Positions 50,566-61,471 of a DNA stretch of 64,000 nucleotides are shown piece after piece. Under the pieces are notes generated by a model. That model was not told the origin of the DNA and made no database searches. It saw only the letters and a program-made list of their open reading frames with translations. Source of the stretch: an uncultured delta proteobacterium. GTDB taxonomy: Bacteria > Desulfobacterota > Binatia > UBA9968. The stretch lies in assembly GCA_963804165.1 (NCBI GenBank), contig CAWDPO010000010.1, positions 96,001 through 160,000 of the forward strand, written 5' to 3'. Every line of letters starts with the position of its first letter. Positions within the stretch are counted from its first letter, which is position 1. A program made the position numbers and the translations under genes.

Positions 50566-52389
50566 CTAGGTTTCTGGCGTGATCACGACCCGATCGGCAT
50601 CGCGGCCGTCGCGCGCCTGGAACCGGTACTGAAGATCGTACAAGCGCGCGTACAGACCGTTCTTCGCCAGAAGCTCGTCATGGCTTCCATCTTCCCAAAT
50701 CTCGCCTTTGTGAACGACGAGAATACGATCCGCGTGTTGGATCGTCGATAAACGGTGCGCGATGATCAGCGCAGTGCGGTTTTTTAGCAGCTCTTCCAAC
50801 GCGTCCTGGATCAACGCTTCTGTCTGGGTATCGACGGAACTGGTGGCTTCGTCGAGCACGAGAATCTTCGGATCGAACGCCAGGGCGCGGGCGAACGATA
50901 GTAATTGACGCTGACCCTGCGATAGCGTCGAGCCGCGCTCTTGGACTTCCTCGTGGTATCCGCGCGGCAGCCGCTCGATCAACGGGGCGATCTGCGCGCG
51001 GCGCGCCGCGTCGAGCATTTGCGCCTCGCCGATGCGTGCGTCGCCCAAAGTAATATTTGTGGCGATGTCTCCCGAAAAAAGAAATACATCCTGCAAAACC
51101 AGACCCAGGTGGCGACGCAGCTCCTGCTTGTTCCATTGGCGCACGTCGATACCGTCGACGAGAATCGCTCCGCGCTCCACGTCGTAGAAACGGCACAGCG
51201 CGGAGATGATCGAAGTCTTGCCTCCGCCGGTGGCGCCCACGAGTGCGACCCTCTCGCCGGCGCGCACGCGAAAAGAAATATTTTTGAGCACCGGCTCGCC
51301 CGGACGATAGGAAAGCCAGACGTCTTTGAACTCGATCGCGCCGGCGAAGTGATCGCTTTTCCTTGGCTGCGGCGGGTTTTTAATCGTCTCCGCCGTATCG
51401 AGCAAGGCGAAGATTCGCTCGGACGACGCCATCGCCGCCTGCATGATGTTATATTTCTCCGCCAGGTCGCGGATCGGCTGATACATGCGCTGGACATATT
51501 GGATAAAAGCGACGATCACGCCGGCCTGAACCGCGCTCGAAAGAATCTGCTGGCCGCCGTACCACAGCAAAAGCCCGATACTGAGTGCGCTGAATATCTC
51601 GATTACCGGGAAAAACAACGCGTTGTAGCGGATGCTGCGCAATAGCACGTCGCGGTAACTGAGGTTTACTTCTTTAAAGCGCTGATACATTTTATCTTCT
51701 TGACCGAAGGCCTGGACGGTAGCGACGCCGGCGATGTTTTCCTGCAAGCCGGCATTGAGACGGCCGAGAATTAGCCGGCTTTCCCGATAAACCTCGCGCG
51801 CGCGGCGCCGATAAAAGCGGCTGATGTAAAGAATCACCGGAAAGGCGGCGAGGCAAACCAGCGCCAGCCGCCAATCGAGCCAGAGCATCATCGCGCCGAT
51901 GCCGAAAACAATCGAGACGTCGCCGAGAAGGCCGACCACGCCGGTGCTGAAGAGCTCGTTGAGCGTTTCAACGTCGTTGATCGTGCGCGTTAAGAGCCGC
52001 CCGACCGCGTTGCGATCGAAATAAGCCAGGTCCTGCTTTTGCAAGTGAGAAAACACTTCCATGCGCAAGTCGTGCATTGCCCGTTGGCCGGTATATTCCG
52101 TCGTGCAAGTCTGAATAAACAGCACGACGAAGCCGAAGCAGACGACACCCAAATAGGCGAGCGCCATCAGATCGAGTCCGCGCACATCATGCTGGGCGAT
52201 GTAGCGGTCGATGGCAACCTTGGTGATGTAGGGACCGAGCAGCTGGCTGCCGGTCTGAAGCATGAGAAAAAAAAAGGAGATCGCGAGCAACTTCCCGTAG
52301 GGCCGCAGATAGCGCAGAATGCGCGCCATCAGGCGAGCATCGTAAGCCTTGCCGAGAATCTCGTCTTCGTAATGAGTTTCTTGGCTCAC
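50566..52389 (-). CDS. ABC exporter permease/ATPase (MdlB-like)
   Basis: TMD plus GATGGGKT, LSQGQRQ, LDEATSSVD. Confidence 0.92.
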   Translation of the reverse strand: MSQETHYEDEILGKAYDARLMARILRYLRPYGKLLAISFFFLMLQTGSQLLGPYITKVAIDRYIAQHDVRGLDLMALAYLGVVCFGFVVLFIQTCTTEYTGQRAMHDLRMEVFSHLQKQDLAYFDRNAVGRLLTRTINDVETLNELFSTGVVGLLGDVSIVFGIGAMMLWLDWRLALVCLAAFPVILYISRFYRRRAREVYRESRLILGRLNAGLQENIAGVATVQAFGQEDKMYQRFKEVNLSYRDVLLRSIRYNALFFPVIEIFSALSIGLLLWYGGQQILSSAVQAGVIVAFIQYVQRMYQPIRDLAEKYNIMQAAMASSERIFALLDTAETIKNPPQPRKSDHFAGAIEFKDVWLSYRPGEPVLKNISFRVRAGERVALVGATGGGKTSIISALCRFYDVERGAILVDGIDVRQWNKQELRRHLGLVLQDVFLFSGDIATNITLGDARIGEAQMLDAARRAQIAPLIERLPRGYHEEVQERGSTLSQGQRQLLSFARALAFDPKILVLDEATSSVDTQTEALIQDALEELLKNRTALIIAHRLSTIQHADRILVVHKGEIWEDGSHDELLAKNGLYARLYDLQYRFQARDGRDADRVVITPET

Positions 52390-54191
52390 GGGCGTCCTTC
52401 CGCGCGCGTCATGGATTCGACCTCGCGGGCCAAGCTCTGGCGTCGGTAGAGTTCGTAATAAGCACCGCGGCGCGCGATAAGCTCCGCATGCGTACCCTGC
52501 TCGATCAGCTCACCGGCATTCAAGTAGACAATCAGGTCCGCTTCGCGCACCGTCGAGATCCGATGTGAGATCAGCAAGGTCGTGCGCCCGCGCATGAACT
52601 GTTTCAGCTCGCGGAGAATTTCCTCTTCCGTCTCCACGTCGACGCTGGAAAAAGCATCGTCTAAAACCACGACCGGCGGATTCTTGATGATCGCCCGGGC
52701 CAACGCAGTGCGTTGTTTTTGTCCGCCCGACAAGCGCATGCCGCGCTCGCCGATCACGGTGTCGAAGCCCCCGCCGAAAGATTCGATCACCGGCAATAGT
52801 TGCGCGATGCGCGCGGCTTCGGCCACTCGATCGGTCTCGCCGTTCTCCGCCCCGAAAAGAATATTGTCCCTGACCGATCCGAAGAAAAGAAAAATATCCT
52901 GCGAAACGTAGCCGACGGCGTCCTCCAACCGGCGGCGAGCCATCTGCTTGATATCCACGCCTTCCACAAAGATCGTCTGATCATCGGGCTCGTAAAGCCG
53001 CAGCAGCAAATTGACCAAGGTGCTTTTGCCGGAACCGGTCTCGCCGACGATGCCGCAGACGGTTCCAGCGGGGATCTGTAGATTGATATTTTTCAACGCC
53101 GGCGCATGCGCGCCATCGTAGGCGAAGGTGAGGTTGCGAAATTCGATGGCGCCGCGGATTGGCACGGCGCCATTCGACGCCGTCAAAGGTTGATAGCGCG
53201 GCGAAATCGGCGTGTCCAACACCTCGGCGATGCGGCTGAGCGCCGCGGTGCCGCGCTGATATTGATTGGCTGTGTAGCCAATGGCCATAAGCGGCCAGGT
53301 GAGCATCCCCAAATATCCGGTGAAGGCCACGTACTCGCCCAAAGTCATTGTACCTAGCAAGACTTGGCGTCCGCCGAGCCACAGCACTACCGTGGCCGCC
53401 AGCCCCGCCATCACCTGCATCAGCGGCCAAAAAATCCCCCACAGCGTGGCGAGCCACATGGTTTTGCGCCGGTATTCGGAGCTGATCGCGTCGAAGCCAC
53501 GGATCTGGTTTTGCTCCTGTGCATACGCCTGCACCACGCGTATGCCGGACAGATTTTCCAGTGCGTAAGCGCTCAGATTGCTAAGCTGCGCCTGGGTATC
53601 ACGCGACGAGCGAAAAATTTGCCGCCCGAAATAACGCACCACGATGGGAATCAGCGGCATCGCGAGCATGGACCATAGGGTGAGCCAGGGATCGATAGTG
53701 ATCATCAGAGTCAGGCTGAAAACAATTACGACCACGGCGTCGACCATCGCCAGCGAGCCGAAGCCCATCAGCTCGCGCACGGCGTGAATGTCATTGGTGA
53801 GACGCGACATCAAATCGCCGGTCTTGGTGTACTGGAAGTAATTGAGCGGCAGCTTCTGTAAATGGGAAAACACGCGATCGCGCAGATCGGCTTCGCAGCG
53901 GCGCGAGAAGCCGTGAATATTGATACGCCAACAGTAGCGGAAAAATCCCTGCAGTGCCGCGCCGAGCAGAATCAGCGCGGGATACATGATCAACGAGCCA
54001 TCGCCGTTCGCGCCGCGCAACGCCGTGTCGATACCGCCTTTGATCAACCACGGCAGCGTGATACCGGCAAGGTCGGTGGCGATAAGCGAGAGGATGCCGA
54101 GAAGCAGAAACCGGCGGTAGCGATCAACGAGAAACTTGACGCGATGGTAATAGCGAAGAATCGCTCTGCCCTCTTTTTTGCGCCGGTGCAT
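52386..54191 (-). CDS. ABC exporter permease/ATPase (MdlA-like, degenerate site)
   Basis: TGDLMSRLTND, GETGSGKS, LSGGQKQR, LDDAFSSVD. Confidence 0.92.
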   Translation of the reverse strand: MHRRKKEGRAILRYYHRVKFLVDRYRRFLLLGILSLIATDLAGITLPWLIKGGIDTALRGANGDGSLIMYPALILLGAALQGFFRYCWRINIHGFSRRCEADLRDRVFSHLQKLPLNYFQYTKTGDLMSRLTNDIHAVRELMGFGSLAMVDAVVVIVFSLTLMITIDPWLTLWSMLAMPLIPIVVRYFGRQIFRSSRDTQAQLSNLSAYALENLSGIRVVQAYAQEQNQIRGFDAISSEYRRKTMWLATLWGIFWPLMQVMAGLAATVVLWLGGRQVLLGTMTLGEYVAFTGYLGMLTWPLMAIGYTANQYQRGTAALSRIAEVLDTPISPRYQPLTASNGAVPIRGAIEFRNLTFAYDGAHAPALKNINLQIPAGTVCGIVGETGSGKSTLVNLLLRLYEPDDQTIFVEGVDIKQMARRRLEDAVGYVSQDIFLFFGSVRDNILFGAENGETDRVAEAARIAQLLPVIESFGGGFDTVIGERGMRLSGGQKQRTALARAIIKNPPVVVLDDAFSSVDVETEEEILRELKQFMRGRTTLLISHRISTVREADLIVYLNAGELIEQGTHAELIARRGAYYELYRRQSLAREVESMTRAEGRP

Positions 54192-54207
54192 TCACCGAGC
54201 GCGATCC

Positions 54208-55659
54208 TTAGTCCTTGGTGACGCCGTGTTCACGGTAAACTTCGGCCCACTGCCCCGTCATGAGCTTGTCCATGACGGTCGGAAGCGAAGTCATAGCGAC
54301 ACGCACCTGCCCCATGCTATCGCGATCGCGGATCGTCACCTTTTCGTCAGCGGGGGCCTTCTCGTCGCCGACGGTTTGGACATCGATGGTGACGCAGAAC
54401 GGTGTCCCCACTTCGTCCTGGCGTCGATAGAGCCGGCCGATGGACGCCGTGTCGTCGTAGACGGAATGCCAGCGCTTGCGCAGGTCAGCCGTGAGTGTCT
54501 CGGCGGTCTCCACGATCCGAGCGTTTTTCTTGAGCAGCGGCAACACCGCAATTTTGATTGGCGCGAGCTCTGGATGGAAATTCAGGACGACGCGTTTCTC
54601 ACCTCTGACCTCTTCTTCGTGGTACGCGTCAACGAGAAACGCGAGTGTGCCGCGATCCGCTCCGGCCGACGGCTCGATGACAAAGGGAACGACTTTCTGC
54701 TTGCTCTCCTCGTCGAAGTATTCGAGCGCCTTGCCGCTAAATTGCGCGTGCTGCTTGAGATCGAAGTCGGTACGGTTGGCGATGCCTTCGAGCTCGCTCC
54801 AGCCCATTGGAAAAAGATATTCGATGTCCGCCGTGCGCTTGGCGTAGTGCGCCAATTCGTCTTTGTCATGCTCGCGCAGGCGCAGATTCTCTTTGTGCAT
54901 GCCGTAGCGCGGGTACCAAGAAAAGCGCTCGTCGATCCAGCGCTGGTGCCAGTCTTCATCGCTGCCCGGCATAACGAAAAACTCAATTTCCATCTGCTCG
55001 AATTCGCGCGTGCGAAAAGTGAAATTACCGGGCGTGATCTCGTTGCGAAACGACTTGCCAATCTGCGCGATGCCGAAGGGCAGCTTCATGCGCATCGCCT
55101 GGAGCACGTTGTCGAAGTTGACGAAGATTCCCTGTGCGGTCTCGGGCCTGAGATAAGTCACCGCTGCGTCCTCTTCCACCGGCCCCATGAAAGTTTTGAA
55201 CATCAAATTAAATTGGCGCGGCTCTGTGAGTTCGCCTTTGCCGCAAGCCGGACAGAAAATCCTTTTCTTGCCACAGTGTTTGCACGCTTCACCACCCGGG
55301 ATATTGAACTTATTTCCCTTTGTCGCCTCGCAAAAATGAACCCATGCGTCGTCCTCAAGCTTGTCCGCACGAAAGCGTTTTTTGCAAGCGCGGCAATCCA
55401 CCATCGGATCGGTGAAGTGGTCGAGATGACCGCTCGCCTGCCACACGCGCGCATGCATCAGAATCGACGAGTCGAGCCCCACCATGTCGGCGCGGTTCTG
55501 CACCGAGTCGCGCCACCACACGCGCTTGACGTTATTCTTCAGCTCCACGCCGAGCGGCCCGTAGTCCCAACACGACCCCGTCCCGCCATAGATCTCACTC
55601 GACTGAAAAATAAACCCGCGCCGCTTGCACAGCGACACGATCTTGTCCATGTCTACCAT
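54208..55659 (-). CDS. glyQS: Glycine--tRNA ligase (alpha2 type)
   Basis: [50 protein letters not shown]. Confidence 0.97.
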   Translation of the reverse strand: MVDMDKIVSLCKRRGFIFQSSEIYGGTGSCWDYGPLGVELKNNVKRVWWRDSVQNRADMVGLDSSILMHARVWQASGHLDHFTDPMVDCRACKKRFRADKLEDDAWVHFCEATKGNKFNIPGGEACKHCGKKRIFCPACGKGELTEPRQFNLMFKTFMGPVEEDAAVTYLRPETAQGIFVNFDNVLQAMRMKLPFGIAQIGKSFRNEITPGNFTFRTREFEQMEIEFFVMPGSDEDWHQRWIDERFSWYPRYGMHKENLRLREHDKDELAHYAKRTADIEYLFPMGWSELEGIANRTDFDLKQHAQFSGKALEYFDEESKQKVVPFVIEPSAGADRGTLAFLVDAYHEEEVRGEKRVVLNFHPELAPIKIAVLPLLKKNARIVETAETLTADLRKRWHSVYDDTASIGRLYRRQDEVGTPFCVTIDVQTVGDEKAPADEKVTIRDRDSMGQVRVAMTSLPTVMDKLMTGQWAEVYREHGVTKD

Positions 55660-55690
55660 CCGGGAATCCTATCTGAAGGTGAATTCTGAC

Positions 55691-55719
55691 AATGTAATGG
55701 ATGGGGGCGGCAGAGTCAA
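55691..55719 (-). promoter_or_regulatory. Sigma70-type promoter of glyQS
   Basis: TTGACT-17 bp-TACATT. Confidence 0.6.
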
Positions 55720-55800
55720 AACCGCTATAATGGGCGCGTTAATTCCGTCGGCCGGCAGCAGAAGCGCCCGTTCACTCCCGTCGAACCGTGATAACAATTT

Positions 55801-56607
55801 TTAGTCTAACCCCAGCATGTTTTGCATGCCGTAGAGGCCCGGCTTCTTGTTCGCCAGCCACTGTGCCGCGCGCAGCGCGCCGTGGGCGAAGGTGTCGCGA
55901 CTGTGGGCGCGGTGGATGAATTCGAGGCGCTCGCCGATACCGCCGAAGATGACCGTGTGCTCGCCGACAATATCGCCAGCGCGCACGGAGAGCAGAGAGA
56001 TTTCTTTTTTGCCGCGCTCACCGACGATGCCTTTTCGGCCGTTGATAGCGACTTTATCGAGATCGCGGTTGAGCGCCAGTGCGACCGAGCGACCAAGCGC
56101 TAAAGCCGTGCCGCTCGGCGCGTCTTTCTTAAAGCGATGGTGCGCTTCGATGATCTCAACGTCATAATCGTCGCCAAGCATCTTCGCCGCTTTTCCCAGC
56201 AAAGAAACGAGAACATTGACAGCCAAGCTGGTGTTTGCCGAGAGCAGAGTCGGCACGCGTCGAGCCAGCTGTTCAATTTCAGCTTGCTGGTTCGGCGTGA
56301 AGCCCGTGGTTGCGATTACGATCGGCGCGCGTTTCTTCGCCGCGCTTCGCAAGAATCCCAAAGATGCTTCGGGACTAGTAAAATCGACTATGACTGTATT
56401 GGCTTTCAAAGCGGCGTCAAGATTGTCCGTGACGGGAATGCCGATACGGCCAACCGCCGATATCTCGCCGGCGTCTCTGGCTAACCTCGAGCTGCCCGGC
56501 TTATCGATCGCCGCGATCAGCTTAAAATCGGCGGAATCTTGAATCGCGCGGACGACGGCGCCGCCCATCCGGCCGCCGACACCGCAGACGATAATTCCAA
56601 TCGCCAT
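55801..56607 (-). CDS. dapB: 4-hydroxy-tetrahydrodipicolinate reductase
   Basis: GVGGRMG, EAHHRFKKDAPSGTA, GEHTV. Confidence 0.97.
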   Translation of the reverse strand: MAIGIIVCGVGGRMGGAVVRAIQDSADFKLIAAIDKPGSSRLARDAGEISAVGRIGIPVTDNLDAALKANTVIVDFTSPEASLGFLRSAAKKRAPIVIATTGFTPNQQAEIEQLARRVPTLLSANTSLAVNVLVSLLGKAAKMLGDDYDVEIIEAHHRFKKDAPSGTALALGRSVALALNRDLDKVAINGRKGIVGERGKKEISLLSVRAGDIVGEHTVIFGGIGERLEFIHRAHSRDTFAHGALRAAQWLANKKPGLYGMQNMLGLD

Positions 56608-57486
56608 CTAATTTTGCAGCAGACCAAAATCGTGCATCGCTTGTCTGAGCTTCTTCACGTTGCCTTCAGCCATCGGCGTGAGCGGCAAACGGAGATCGCC
56701 GCTGCACTTGCCCATGAGCGACAGCGCGGTCTTGACGGGAATTGGATTAGTCTCGACGAACAAACCGTGGATCAGCGGGATGAGTTTGAATTGAAGCTCG
56801 CGCCCCTTCTCCCAGTTGCCCTTTAAACAAGCTTCCGTGAGCTGCGCGGTTTCTTTCGGCGCGACGTTGGCGACCGTCGAGATGACGCCCTTGCCGCCCA
56901 GCGCCATCAAAGAAAAAATCAGCGTGTCTTCGCCGGAATAGACGGCCAAGCGATCACCGCACAAGCGAATCACGTCGATCGCTTGATCGACCGAGCCGGT
57001 CGCTTCTTTCACGCCGGCGATGTTCTTGATTTCAGACATGCGCGCCAGAGTTTCCGGCTCGATCTTGGACCCGGTGCGGCCGGGAATATTGTAGACGATG
57101 ATCGGAATGCCGACATTCGATGCAACCTCTTTGTAGTGCTGATAAATCCCCTCCTGGGTCGGGCGATTGTAGTAGGGCGAGATCATCAGCGCACCGTCGG
57201 CGCCGGATTTCTCCGCTTCGCGCGTGAGCCGTACTGCTTCTTCGGTGGAATTGGAACCCGTGCCGGCGATGACCGGAACGCGTTTGTCGACCGCTTTGAT
57301 TACCGCGCGAATGACTTCATCGTGCTCCTGATGGCTCAGCGTGGCCGATTCTCCGGTGGTGCCGCAAGGCACGATCCCATGCGTACCGTTGTGTAAATGA
57401 AAGTCGATCAACCCTTCGAGACTTTGCCAATCGACGCCGCCGTTTTTGAACGGCGTGACCAATGCAACCATCGACCCGGTAAACAT
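56608..57486 (-). CDS. dapA: 4-hydroxy-tetrahydrodipicolinate synthase
   Basis: GTTGES, PYYNRP, YNIPGRT, VKEA, ETNPIPVK. Confidence 0.97.
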   Translation of the reverse strand: MFTGSMVALVTPFKNGGVDWQSLEGLIDFHLHNGTHGIVPCGTTGESATLSHQEHDEVIRAVIKAVDKRVPVIAGTGSNSTEEAVRLTREAEKSGADGALMISPYYNRPTQEGIYQHYKEVASNVGIPIIVYNIPGRTGSKIEPETLARMSEIKNIAGVKEATGSVDQAIDVIRLCGDRLAVYSGEDTLIFSLMALGGKGVISTVANVAPKETAQLTEACLKGNWEKGRELQFKLIPLIHGLFVETNPIPVKTALSLMGKCSGDLRLPLTPMAEGNVKKLRQAMHDFGLLQN

Positions 57487-57497
57487 AGCGCTATCTC

Positions 57498-58319
57498 CTA
57501 CGCGATCTTGACGGTCCCGTGAAACACTTCTTCCGCGCCGCCCGTCATATAGACGCGGTTATTGTCGCGCCATTCAATCAACAGATCGCCGCCTTTTAGA
57601 TGAATCGTGATCTCGCGCTCGGTCCGGCCGGTGATCACGCCGGCGACGCCCACCGCGCTGGCGCCTGTGCCGCACGCCCAGGTCTCGCCTGCGCCGCGCT
57701 CCCAGACGCGCATCTTAACTTCCTCCGGATTGATGATCTTGATGAATTCGGTATTCACCCGTTTCGGAAAAAACGGATGATGCTCGAAACGCAGCCCGAT
57801 CTTTTCAAGATCGAGCGAGTCGATGTCGTCGAGATAGAGTACGCAATGTGGGTTGCCCATGGAGACGCAGGTCACCTCATAAGTCTTGCCGTCGATCGTC
57901 AGCGGCCGGTTCTTAATCTCGCCGTCGGCGTCGACGGGGATCCTTCGCCCTTCGAGGATCGGCTCGCCCATGTCGACCTCGACCAGTTCGCCGACAATCT
58001 TTGGCCGAATAATGCCGGCGAGCGTCTCGACTTCGAGCTCTCGCTTCTGCGTGATGCCGTGATCGTAAACATATTTGGCAAAACAGCGGATGCCGTTGCC
58101 GCACATCTCCACCTGGCTGCCGTCGGCGTTGTAGATCTCCATCCTGAAGTCGGCGACCTTCGACGGATGCACCGTCAGCAGTTGATCCGCGCCGATGCCG
58201 AAGCGCCGGTCACAGAGTTTTTTGGCGACCGATTCCAAGTTGTCGATGTTCTTTTTCAGGCAATCGAGAAAAACAAAGTCATTGCCGGCCCCGTGCATCT
58301 TGGTAAACTCGATCTCCAT
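57498..58319 (-). CDS. dapF: Diaminopimelate epimerase
   Basis: FTKMHGAGNDF, EMCGNG, ERGAGETWACGTG. Confidence 0.97.
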   Translation of the reverse strand: MEIEFTKMHGAGNDFVFLDCLKKNIDNLESVAKKLCDRRFGIGADQLLTVHPSKVADFRMEIYNADGSQVEMCGNGIRCFAKYVYDHGITQKRELEVETLAGIIRPKIVGELVEVDMGEPILEGRRIPVDADGEIKNRPLTIDGKTYEVTCVSMGNPHCVLYLDDIDSLDLEKIGLRFEHHPFFPKRVNTEFIKIINPEEVKMRVWERGAGETWACGTGASAVGVAGVITGRTEREITIHLKGGDLLIEWRDNNRVYMTGGAEEVFHGTVKIA

Positions 58320-58333
58320 TAATCCCCAACCCT

Positions 58334-58362
58334 TTGAACTCTTGAACCTTGAACTTTTGAAC
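58334..58362. repeat. TTGAAC tandem units (four copies)
   Basis: TTGAAC at 58334, 58342, 58349, 58357 in the lysA-dapF spacer. Confidence 0.8.
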
Positions 58363-58367
58363 GGTCC

Positions 58368-59639
58368 CTACTGCAGCGAAGCCGGAATCGATTCCCCATT
58401 GATCAGATCATCCAAACTCTCCCGCTTACGCACAATGTAATATTGATCGCTGTCGACCAGCACCTCGGGCGGCTTTGGATGGGAATTATAATTGGAAGCC
58501 ATCGTAAAGCCGTAAGCACCAGCACTCATGACCGCCAGCAAGTCGCCGCGCTTCGGACGGGCGATCTCGCGATCCTTGGCGAAGAAGTCGCCACTCTCGC
58601 AGATCGGTCCGACGACGTCCGCGACGAATTTGTCGGCATTGGTTTCGACCACCGGTTGAATCGCCTGATACGAGCCGTAAAGCGCTGGACGAATCAGATC
58701 GTTCATGCCGCTGTCGACGATGACAAATTTTTTCGTGTCGGTTTCCTTGATGTATTGCACTTCGGTAAGAAGAATCCCTGCGTTGCCGACGATGACGCGG
58801 CCAGGCTCAAGAATCAGCGTGATGTCCAATCCTTCGAGCCCCTGAATGATCGCCTTGGCGTACTCGTCCGGTAACGGCGGCGTTTCATCGTGATAATTTA
58901 TCCCGAGACCGCCGCCGAGATCGAGATAACGGATCTGCGCGCCTTCTTTTTTCATCTCGCCGGCGAGCACACGATCCAAGTACTCACGCACCTTGGCCAA
59001 CGCATCGACGAACGGTGTCACCGAGGTGAGCTGCGAACCGATGTGGCAGTCGACGCCGACGACTTCGACGTTTTTTAACGAAACCGCCTTCCTGTAAGTC
59101 TCCAGCGATTTCTTTATATCGACGCCGAACTTCGCCTTTTTCATCCCCGTCGATATATAGGGATGGGTCTGCGGATCGACGTCAGGATTGACGCGCAGGC
59201 TGATCGGCGCCTTTTTGCCGACGCTCGCGGCGATCTCATTGAGCGCGAATAATTCCTCCTCAGACTCGACATTGAACATCAATATTCCCGCGTTGAGGGC
59301 GTACTCGATTTCTTGTTTCTTCTTGCCGACACCGGAGAAAACGATTTTTTTTGGGTCCGCGCCGACCTTCAGGGCGCGAAACAGCTCGCCGCCGGAAACG
59401 ATATCGAAGCCGCTGCCCTCCTTAGCGAAAGCGCGAAGCAGCGCAAGATTAGAGTTGGCCTTCACCGAGAAACAAACGATGTGCGGCGTCTTACCGAAGG
59501 CCTGATCGAATACTTTGAAATGGCGTTTGAGCGTCGCCAGGCTGTACACATAGGCCGGCGTGCCGACCTCTTGGGCAATGCGCTTCAGCGCCACTCCCTC
59601 AGCGAACATTTCTCCATTGCGATATTCAAAATGGTTCAT
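58368..59639 (-). CDS. lysA: Diaminopimelate decarboxylase
   Basis: SVKAN, HIGSQ, EPGR, GPICESGD. Confidence 0.97.
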   Translation of the reverse strand: MNHFEYRNGEMFAEGVALKRIAQEVGTPAYVYSLATLKRHFKVFDQAFGKTPHIVCFSVKANSNLALLRAFAKEGSGFDIVSGGELFRALKVGADPKKIVFSGVGKKKQEIEYALNAGILMFNVESEEELFALNEIAASVGKKAPISLRVNPDVDPQTHPYISTGMKKAKFGVDIKKSLETYRKAVSLKNVEVVGVDCHIGSQLTSVTPFVDALAKVREYLDRVLAGEMKKEGAQIRYLDLGGGLGINYHDETPPLPDEYAKAIIQGLEGLDITLILEPGRVIVGNAGILLTEVQYIKETDTKKFVIVDSGMNDLIRPALYGSYQAIQPVVETNADKFVADVVGPICESGDFFAKDREIARPKRGDLLAVMSAGAYGFTMASNYNSHPKPPEVLVDSDQYYIVRKRESLDDLINGESIPASLQ

Positions 59640-60079
59640 CGGTCACCCCGTGCGATTTCTACCTCATTGGATGGCGCGCTGAGGGAGCCGTCGAACAGCT
59701 GCGACGAAATCCGATATCGGTAAATCGCCTTCGGTCTCACTTCCTGATCGTCGTAGCGATACTGTTTTTGCTGCACGAATTTTTCCCGGTCTTCGACGTT
59801 AACCGTCGTGAGTTGCCGATACGGTACCGGACAGTCGGGACAGCTTTGAGAAACTTCCTTGCGAAAGATTACAAAACTTGCAAGATCCTTCAATGATGTC
59901 CCGTCGACATACTCGGTCGGTCGGGTCCACGTGAGCGTAATCCCGTTTGGCCCGACCCGCGCCGTCAAGTTGGTGATCGTCTTCGGCGTCGCCAGCTCCG
60001 GCGCGCGCGGGTCGCCTTTTTTACCGCACGACGAGGCCACGGCAACGAGCATCATAACAGTGACTATCAGTCGTTTCAT
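59636..60079 (-). CDS. Lipoprotein, LptM/YifL-like N-terminus plus Fn3-like domain
   Basis: Lipobox VASS-CGKKGDPRAP, LTWTRP, CPDC, YRYRIS..SAPSN. Confidence 0.75.
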   Translation of the reverse strand: MKRLIVTVMMLVAVASSCGKKGDPRAPELATPKTITNLTARVGPNGITLTWTRPTEYVDGTSLKDLASFVIFRKEVSQSCPDCPVPYRQLTTVNVEDREKFVQQKQYRYDDQEVRPKAIYRYRISSQLFDGSLSAPSNEVEIARGDR

Positions 60080-61471
60080 CTAGCCCCTCAGTTCTCGCAA
60101 ACGGCGCACGACGTTGCGGCGCGCCGTGCCACCTACCGCGCGGCGTCGTTCGATCACCGCTTCCGCTGAAAGATACCCATAGACATTGTTTTCGAATCTG
60201 CCGGAAAAACGCTTTAACTCGACCAGCGTCAATTCTTCGATACGTTTACCGTGGGCGAGGCAAAATTGCACGACCTTACCGGCCACTTCGTGGGCGACAC
60301 GAAACGCCAGGCCGTGCTCCACGAGATAATCCGCCAAGTCGGTGGCATTCATAAATCCGTCTCGTACGGCGTTCAACATCCGCGCGCGATGCACCTTCAT
60401 GCCCGCAATGACTTCGCGCATGATCTTGACGCAAGATTTGACCGTGTCGACGGTATCGAAGAGAGGAATTTTATCTTCCTGGAGATCGCGGTTATAGGCG
60501 AGCGGCAAACCTTTCATGATCGTCAGCAACGCTTGTAGATGGCCAAACACGCGTCCGGTCTTGCCGCGAATCAACTCGGGCACGTCGGGATTTTTCTTTT
60601 GCGGCATCATCGAGCTGCCGGTGCAGTAGCCGTCAGGCAGTTCGATGAAGCCGAATTCCTGAGTTGACCACAATACAAATTCTTCGGCGAGCCGGCTCAG
60701 ATGGACGAACAAAATAGCCGCCGCCGCTAAAAACTCCAGAAGAAAATCGCGGTCGCTGACGGCGTCGATGCTGTTCTTCGAGATGCGCTGAAACCCCAAA
60801 AGCTTGGCGACATAGGCGCGATCGATTGGAAACGTGGTCCCGGCCAGGGCACCCGATCCTAAAGGCAAAACGTTGATGCGGGCCAAGCACTCGTTGAAGC
60901 GCTCACCATCGCGTTCAAACATATCGAAGTAAGCCAGCAGATGGTGCGAAAAGAGCACCGGCTGGGCGCGCTGCAAATGGGTATAGCCGGGCATGATCAC
61001 ATCGAGATATGTTCTTGCCGCCTTAGCCAACTCTTGGCGCAGCGCTTTCACCCCGTCGAGAATGAGCCCGACTTCGTCACGCAGGAAAAGCCGCATGTCC
61101 AGCGCCACTTGGTCGTTGCGGCTGCGCGCCGTATGGAGCTTTCCGCCGGCTGGGCCGATCAACTCCGTCAGGCGCCGCTCGATATTCATGTGAATATCTT
61201 CGTCCGCTTGAGAGAACTTGAACTTACGACCATCGATCTCGCGCTGAATCGTCTGCAGCCCGCGGACGATCTTGCGCGCATCGCCGGCTGGGATGATGCG
61301 CTGTTTCGCGAGCATTTTCGTATGCGCGATACTACCCATAATGTCATGGCGGTAAAGCCGCGCATCGACCTCGATCGACGCGGTAAATGCTTCGACGGAG
61401 TCCGCCGTGCCTGCCGCAAAACGTCCGCCCCAAAGCTTGGTCTTTTTTGATTTGGCGCGCGCCACCGTCAT
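60080..61471 (-). CDS. argH: Argininosuccinate lyase
   Basis: [28 protein letters not shown]. Confidence 0.97.
   Translation of the reverse strand: MTVARAKSKKTKLWGGRFAAGTADSVEAFTASIEVDARLYRHDIMGSIAHTKMLAKQRIIPAGDARKIVRGLQTIQREIDGRKFKFSQADEDIHMNIERRLTELIGPAGGKLHTARSRNDQVALDMRLFLRDEVGLILDGVKALRQELAKAARTYLDVIMPGYTHLQRAQPVLFSHHLLAYFDMFERDGERFNECLARINVLPLGSGALAGTTFPIDRAYVAKLLGFQRISKNSIDAVSDRDFLLEFLAAAAILFVHLSRLAEEFVLWSTQEFGFIELPDGYCTGSSMMPQKKNPDVPELIRGKTGRVFGHLQALLTIMKGLPLAYNRDLQEDKIPLFDTVDTVKSCVKIMREVIAGMKVHRARMLNAVRDGFMNATDLADYLVEHGLAFRVAHEVAGKVVQFCLAHGKRIEELTLVELKRFSGRFENNVYGYLSAEAVIERRRAVGGTARRNVVRRLRELRG

Noticed and set aside
54178-55689. 503-aa plus-strand ORF and similar long antisense ORFs
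   Set aside because: Shadow frames of conserved genes (here glyQS), expected in GC-rich DNA
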